A stretch of 64,000 bases of DNA from an uncultured Verrucomicrobiae bacterium. Lineage in GTDB: Bacteria; Verrucomicrobiota; Verrucomicrobiia; Chthoniobacterales; JAFAMB01. The translations under genes and the position numbers were made by a program. The DNA is taken from positions 800,001 to 864,000 of the forward strand of contig CAWAIK010000001.1 in assembly GCA_963782115.1 (NCBI GenBank). Reading direction: 5' to 3'. The notes under the pieces were generated by a model. It saw only the letters and a list, made by a program, of their open reading frames with translations, ran no database searches and was not told where the DNA came from. Below, piece after piece: positions 60,969-64,000 of the stretch (position 1 is its first letter; each line of letters starts with the position of its first letter).

Positions 60969-61682
60969 GTGTGGACAAATTTACTCGTTCCCACTCGGGC
61001 ATTCGACGATGCGACCATCGAAATGATGGATCGTCCCCAACTTGTGTCAGCGGAACTGTTGGTTGATTTGGAGAATCTTCAACAGCTGAATCGATACTTC
61101 GGCAGCTACGCACTGATTCGGTTTTTCCTGCGTCGCTGGTTTCGTCCGGGAAGTCCCGTCACCGCGATCGATTTGTGTACTGGTTTTGGTGATATTCCCC
61201 GCTTCGTGGTCGATTGGTGCCGGGCGAACGAAATTAGCGCCCGGATCACCGCAGTTGATTTTCAACCGGCCACTCTCGAATTGGCGATGGAGCGTTCACG
61301 GTCTCATCCCGAAATAACCTTCGTTGTCTCCGACGTGTTCAAGTTTGTGCCGGCCAGTCCGGTTGATTTCGTGTTCTGTTCGCTAGCGCTGCATCATTTT
61401 GCTGACGATGCCGCGATCCGGCTTCTGCAGCAGGCACGGTCTCTAGCCCAAAGAGGCGTTCTGGTCGCTGATCTGGAACGCAGCGATTTCGGGCTCGCCG
61501 GCATTTATCTATTGACCTCCTGCATCTATCGGGAGCCCATGACGCGTTTTGACGCCCGCCTTTCGTTCCGGCGTGCCTTTTCGTTTTCCGAGATGCGCCG
61601 GTTGGCATCGGCAGCCGGCTGGCAAGGTTTTGGCCATCGGCGTTTTCCGGTCTGCCGGCAAGCCATTTGGCTCGAGAGTTGA
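60969..61682 (+). CDS. SAM-dependent methyltransferase
   Basis: E.MD, DLCTGFGD, SLALHHF, DLERS, DARLS..RAF. Confidence 0.85.
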   Translation: MWTNLLVPTRAFDDATIEMMDRPQLVSAELLVDLENLQQLNRYFGSYALIRFFLRRWFRPGSPVTAIDLCTGFGDIPRFVVDWCRANEISARITAVDFQPATLELAMERSRSHPEITFVVSDVFKFVPASPVDFVFCSLALHHFADDAAIRLLQQARSLAQRGVLVADLERSDFGLAGIYLLTSCIYREPMTRFDARLSFRRAFSFSEMRRLASAAGWQGFGHRRFPVCRQAIWLES

Positions 61683-61716
61683 ACCCGGGACAAATACCGG
61701 CGAGAATGCGGACTTA

Positions 61717-62214
61717 ATGAGACCATTTGCGGTATTGCTGTTGATCCCCGCTTTGCTCTCCGCGCGGTTGGTTCATGCCCAAGAAACCAAGATCGATGTG
61801 GATCGGTTTCATTTGGAAGTGATTCAAGGCGCAGAGGCCCACGCCACCGTCAACAAGGAGGGACCTGATGGGCAGCCGGCCGCAACGGTCACCGTCTCCA
61901 AAATTGGCGCGGAATTCTGGAGCGTCGAATTGCGGGCCCCGGATATCAACTTCGAACCCGGCAAAACGTACGAAGTAAAGTTTCAGGCTAAAAGTGTGCC
62001 CTCACAGTTCATTTATGTCGTTCCTGAAAAGGTTGACGGAAATCAGGCATCGGTCGCACTCGGAACGACCCTGCAAACCTCCGATCAATGGACGGATTGC
62101 ACCGTCCTTTTTCAGACCACGGATACGGCAAATCCCGGGCGTTTAACTCTCTCCAGCCTGTCCGCGAATCCGGCTTCCTACTGGTTCAGCAATGTTCGTG
62201 TGAACGAAAAATAG
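61717..62214 (+). CDS. Secreted carbohydrate-binding (CBM4/9-like) protein
   Basis: Signal peptide; WSVEL....F.PGKTYEVKFQAKS..W....F..NV beta-sandwich pattern. Confidence 0.6.
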   Translation: MRPFAVLLLIPALLSARLVHAQETKIDVDRFHLEVIQGAEAHATVNKEGPDGQPAATVTVSKIGAEFWSVELRAPDINFEPGKTYEVKFQAKSVPSQFIYVVPEKVDGNQASVALGTTLQTSDQWTDCTVLFQTTDTANPGRLTLSSLSANPASYWFSNVRVNEK

Positions 62215-62281
62215 TCAGGAGGCAGGATCGGAAAAAGCAGCATTCCCGTTTGATTGCTACTTGTTTTCGCAGGATTCCGAT

Positions 62282-62332
62282 AACTGACTGACACTGACAA
62301 CTGACCACTGAGAACTGATTGGCAACTGACAC
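62282..62332. repeat. (ACTGAC-like)n heptamer array between convergent genes
   Basis: AACTGACTGACACTGACAACTGACCACTGAGAACTGATTGGCAACTGACAC. Confidence 0.8.
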
Positions 62333-62395
62333 CTGAGTCTGCAGAAAACAAGAGGCGCTCCTCTCTTTCCGACATCCTTCGCAGACGAGATGCGA

Positions 62396-63784
62396 TCAGA
62401 GTTTTCCCGGCCCGGATTCGACGTGGATCCTGGACAGCTCAGACCGATTGATTTTTCCGCGTTGATTGAACGGGAGCTCGGCCACGATCTGGAACTCTCG
62501 AGGAACCTGCCAGCTGCTGAGTCCCTCGCGACAATGGCTCTCCAGGAGCTGCCGGGAAACAGCGTTCGAGGCCACGACATAAGCAACCAATTCTTCATTG
62601 CGAGTCGCCGACGGAATTCCAAAGACGATGGCGTCGATGACGCCCGGCATTTTTCGGAGGTGCTCTTCGATAATGGCTGGGTGAACCTTTTTTCCGGCGA
62701 TATTCACAAAATCTGAAACGCGGCCGATGAGGTGCAGTCCCAGACTTGACCATTCGATGATGTCTCCAGGGACGAATTGCACCCCGTTCAGCACCTCGAT
62801 GTCTGCATCCGGGAAATAACCGTCGGCAACGTTCGGACCGCGAACGGCGATTCGATCATCGTCGATTTTGGTCACCTCCACTCCGTTCATCGGAATCCCG
62901 ACAAAGCCGCTCGGCCTCTCGAGGTCCTCACTGCGATCATAGGCGATGCCGCCGCACTCTGAAGACCCATAAAAGCTGTGGATCTTAAGTCCGAACTTGC
63001 GGTGGAATTGGCGAGAAATCTCGGGCGCCAACGGAGCGCCTGCGGAAATGCAGAGGCGAACGCTGACAGGTTTGCTGATATCTGACAAAGAAGCAAGCGC
63101 CTGAAACAGGGCCGGCGTTCCGGGAAAGACGGTTGTTCTACAGATCTGCAGGTGGTTATAAACCGCTCGTGGCATTCGATCGGTGGAACACACCAGGCCC
63201 GTCCCCTGATAGAGGAGGGGAGCGATGAGGTTACTGAAACCGTATGAATGGGAAAATGGAATGACTCCGAAATTCACGTCACTCGGACGAATGCCCATCG
63301 TTTTACAGATATTTCGACAGTCGGCGAGGAGTTGGGATTCACGGAATCGCACCGCTCTCGGCGCGCCGGTAGTTCCGGACGTAATTTTCAGGAAATCGGG
63401 TCTGGGGCCGTGCCAGCAAATGGGTGAGCAATCGAAGCGCTGGATCCCAGTCGCCTGAACTAATCCTTGGGCCTGGGTAAACTGCAGGATTCTATCAAGT
63501 TGGGTCGCCTGCAGATCTTCTTCGATTGGTGCGACGACCAGTGCTCGATCCCAGCATGCCAGGAGAAACCCAGGCCAGCTCGGCTCATTTCCGATCGCCG
63601 CAACGATGCAATCGCCGATTGAAAATGCCGATAACCGGCTTCGCCACTCAGCGCGTTCTTCTTCCACCTCCTGGAAGGTGCGCAAAATTGAACAATCGTC
63701 TGAGAAGATCGCTGTCTCCCGGCTTCTGTTCTTTAGAACCTGTTTCCAGAAAGTGTCGAAGAGCCTTTGTTCCACTTGCGTCAC
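62396..63784 (-). CDS. Class I adenylate-forming (AMP-binding) enzyme
   Basis: [27 protein letters not shown]....NIAGKKV.P, GKI.R. Confidence 0.9.
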   Translation of the reverse strand: MTQVEQRLFDTFWKQVLKNRSRETAIFSDDCSILRTFQEVEEERAEWRSRLSAFSIGDCIVAAIGNEPSWPGFLLACWDRALVVAPIEEDLQATQLDRILQFTQAQGLVQATGIQRFDCSPICWHGPRPDFLKITSGTTGAPRAVRFRESQLLADCRNICKTMGIRPSDVNFGVIPFSHSYGFSNLIAPLLYQGTGLVCSTDRMPRAVYNHLQICRTTVFPGTPALFQALASLSDISKPVSVRLCISAGAPLAPEISRQFHRKFGLKIHSFYGSSECGGIAYDRSEDLERPSGFVGIPMNGVEVTKIDDDRIAVRGPNVADGYFPDADIEVLNGVQFVPGDIIEWSSLGLHLIGRVSDFVNIAGKKVHPAIIEEHLRKMPGVIDAIVFGIPSATRNEELVAYVVASNAVSRQLLESHCREGLSSWQVPREFQIVAELPFNQRGKINRSELSRIHVESGPGKL

Positions 63785-63828
63785 CTGAACTGTGTGATAG
63801 CTTTCACCTCTTTTTACTCTCTAAAGAC

Positions 63829-64000
63829 ATGAAGGCTGATATCCATCCGAATTATGTAGAGACGACGATCGCTTGCGCTTGTGGCGCTGTCTACCGTACC
63901 CGGTCGACTCGTCGCGATATCAAGATCGGTATATGCGCCGCATGCCATCCCTTTTTTACTGGTGAACAAAAGTTCGTCGACACAGCCGGCCGCGTCGAAA
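63829..64000 (+). CDS. rpmE: 50S ribosomal protein L31 (zinc-binding type), 3'-partial
   Basis: MKADIHPNY.....CACG....[23 protein letters not shown]. Confidence 0.95.
   Translation, partial: MKADIHPNYVETTIACACGAVYRTRSTRRDIKIGICAACHPFFTGEQKFVDTAGRVE

Overview
This is a 64 kb GC-rich chromosomal window. The proteins and gene context suggest a soil Verrucomicrobiota (Chthoniobacterales-like) genome; that assignment is inference only. Core and housekeeping genes include polX, purK, dusB, iscA-hscB-hscA, recQ, mscS, ftsH-cbpA-cbpM, a MoxR-DUF58-Bat operon, icd, marR-tolC-pgeF and a partial rpmE. There are also two sugar ABC transporters and a cyanobacterial-type arginine dihydrolase (ArgZ/AgrE). 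A ~9.5 kb block of decayed mobile DNA (about 19.4-28.96 kb) lies between the two ABC operons. It holds a group II intron 5' half, a broken TPR-repeat gene, an IncP-like plasmid relic (traJ-oriT-traL-traM, dinJ with an inactivated yafQ, iterons, trfA-like 3' end) and an IS256/IS1634 chimera. The most striking pattern is a family of intergenic palindromes built from short tandem 7-8-mers. These appear to act as landing pads for mobile DNA. An intact DUF4338 plus ISKra4-like IS sits inside one array. Two ORF-less group II intron DI-DIII copies start immediately after such repeats, and their predicted EBS2 loop (TCCTGAC) is complementary to the repeat unit. No rRNA, tRNA or CRISPR array was recognised. 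All family calls come from motif recognition by eye, not from database searches.
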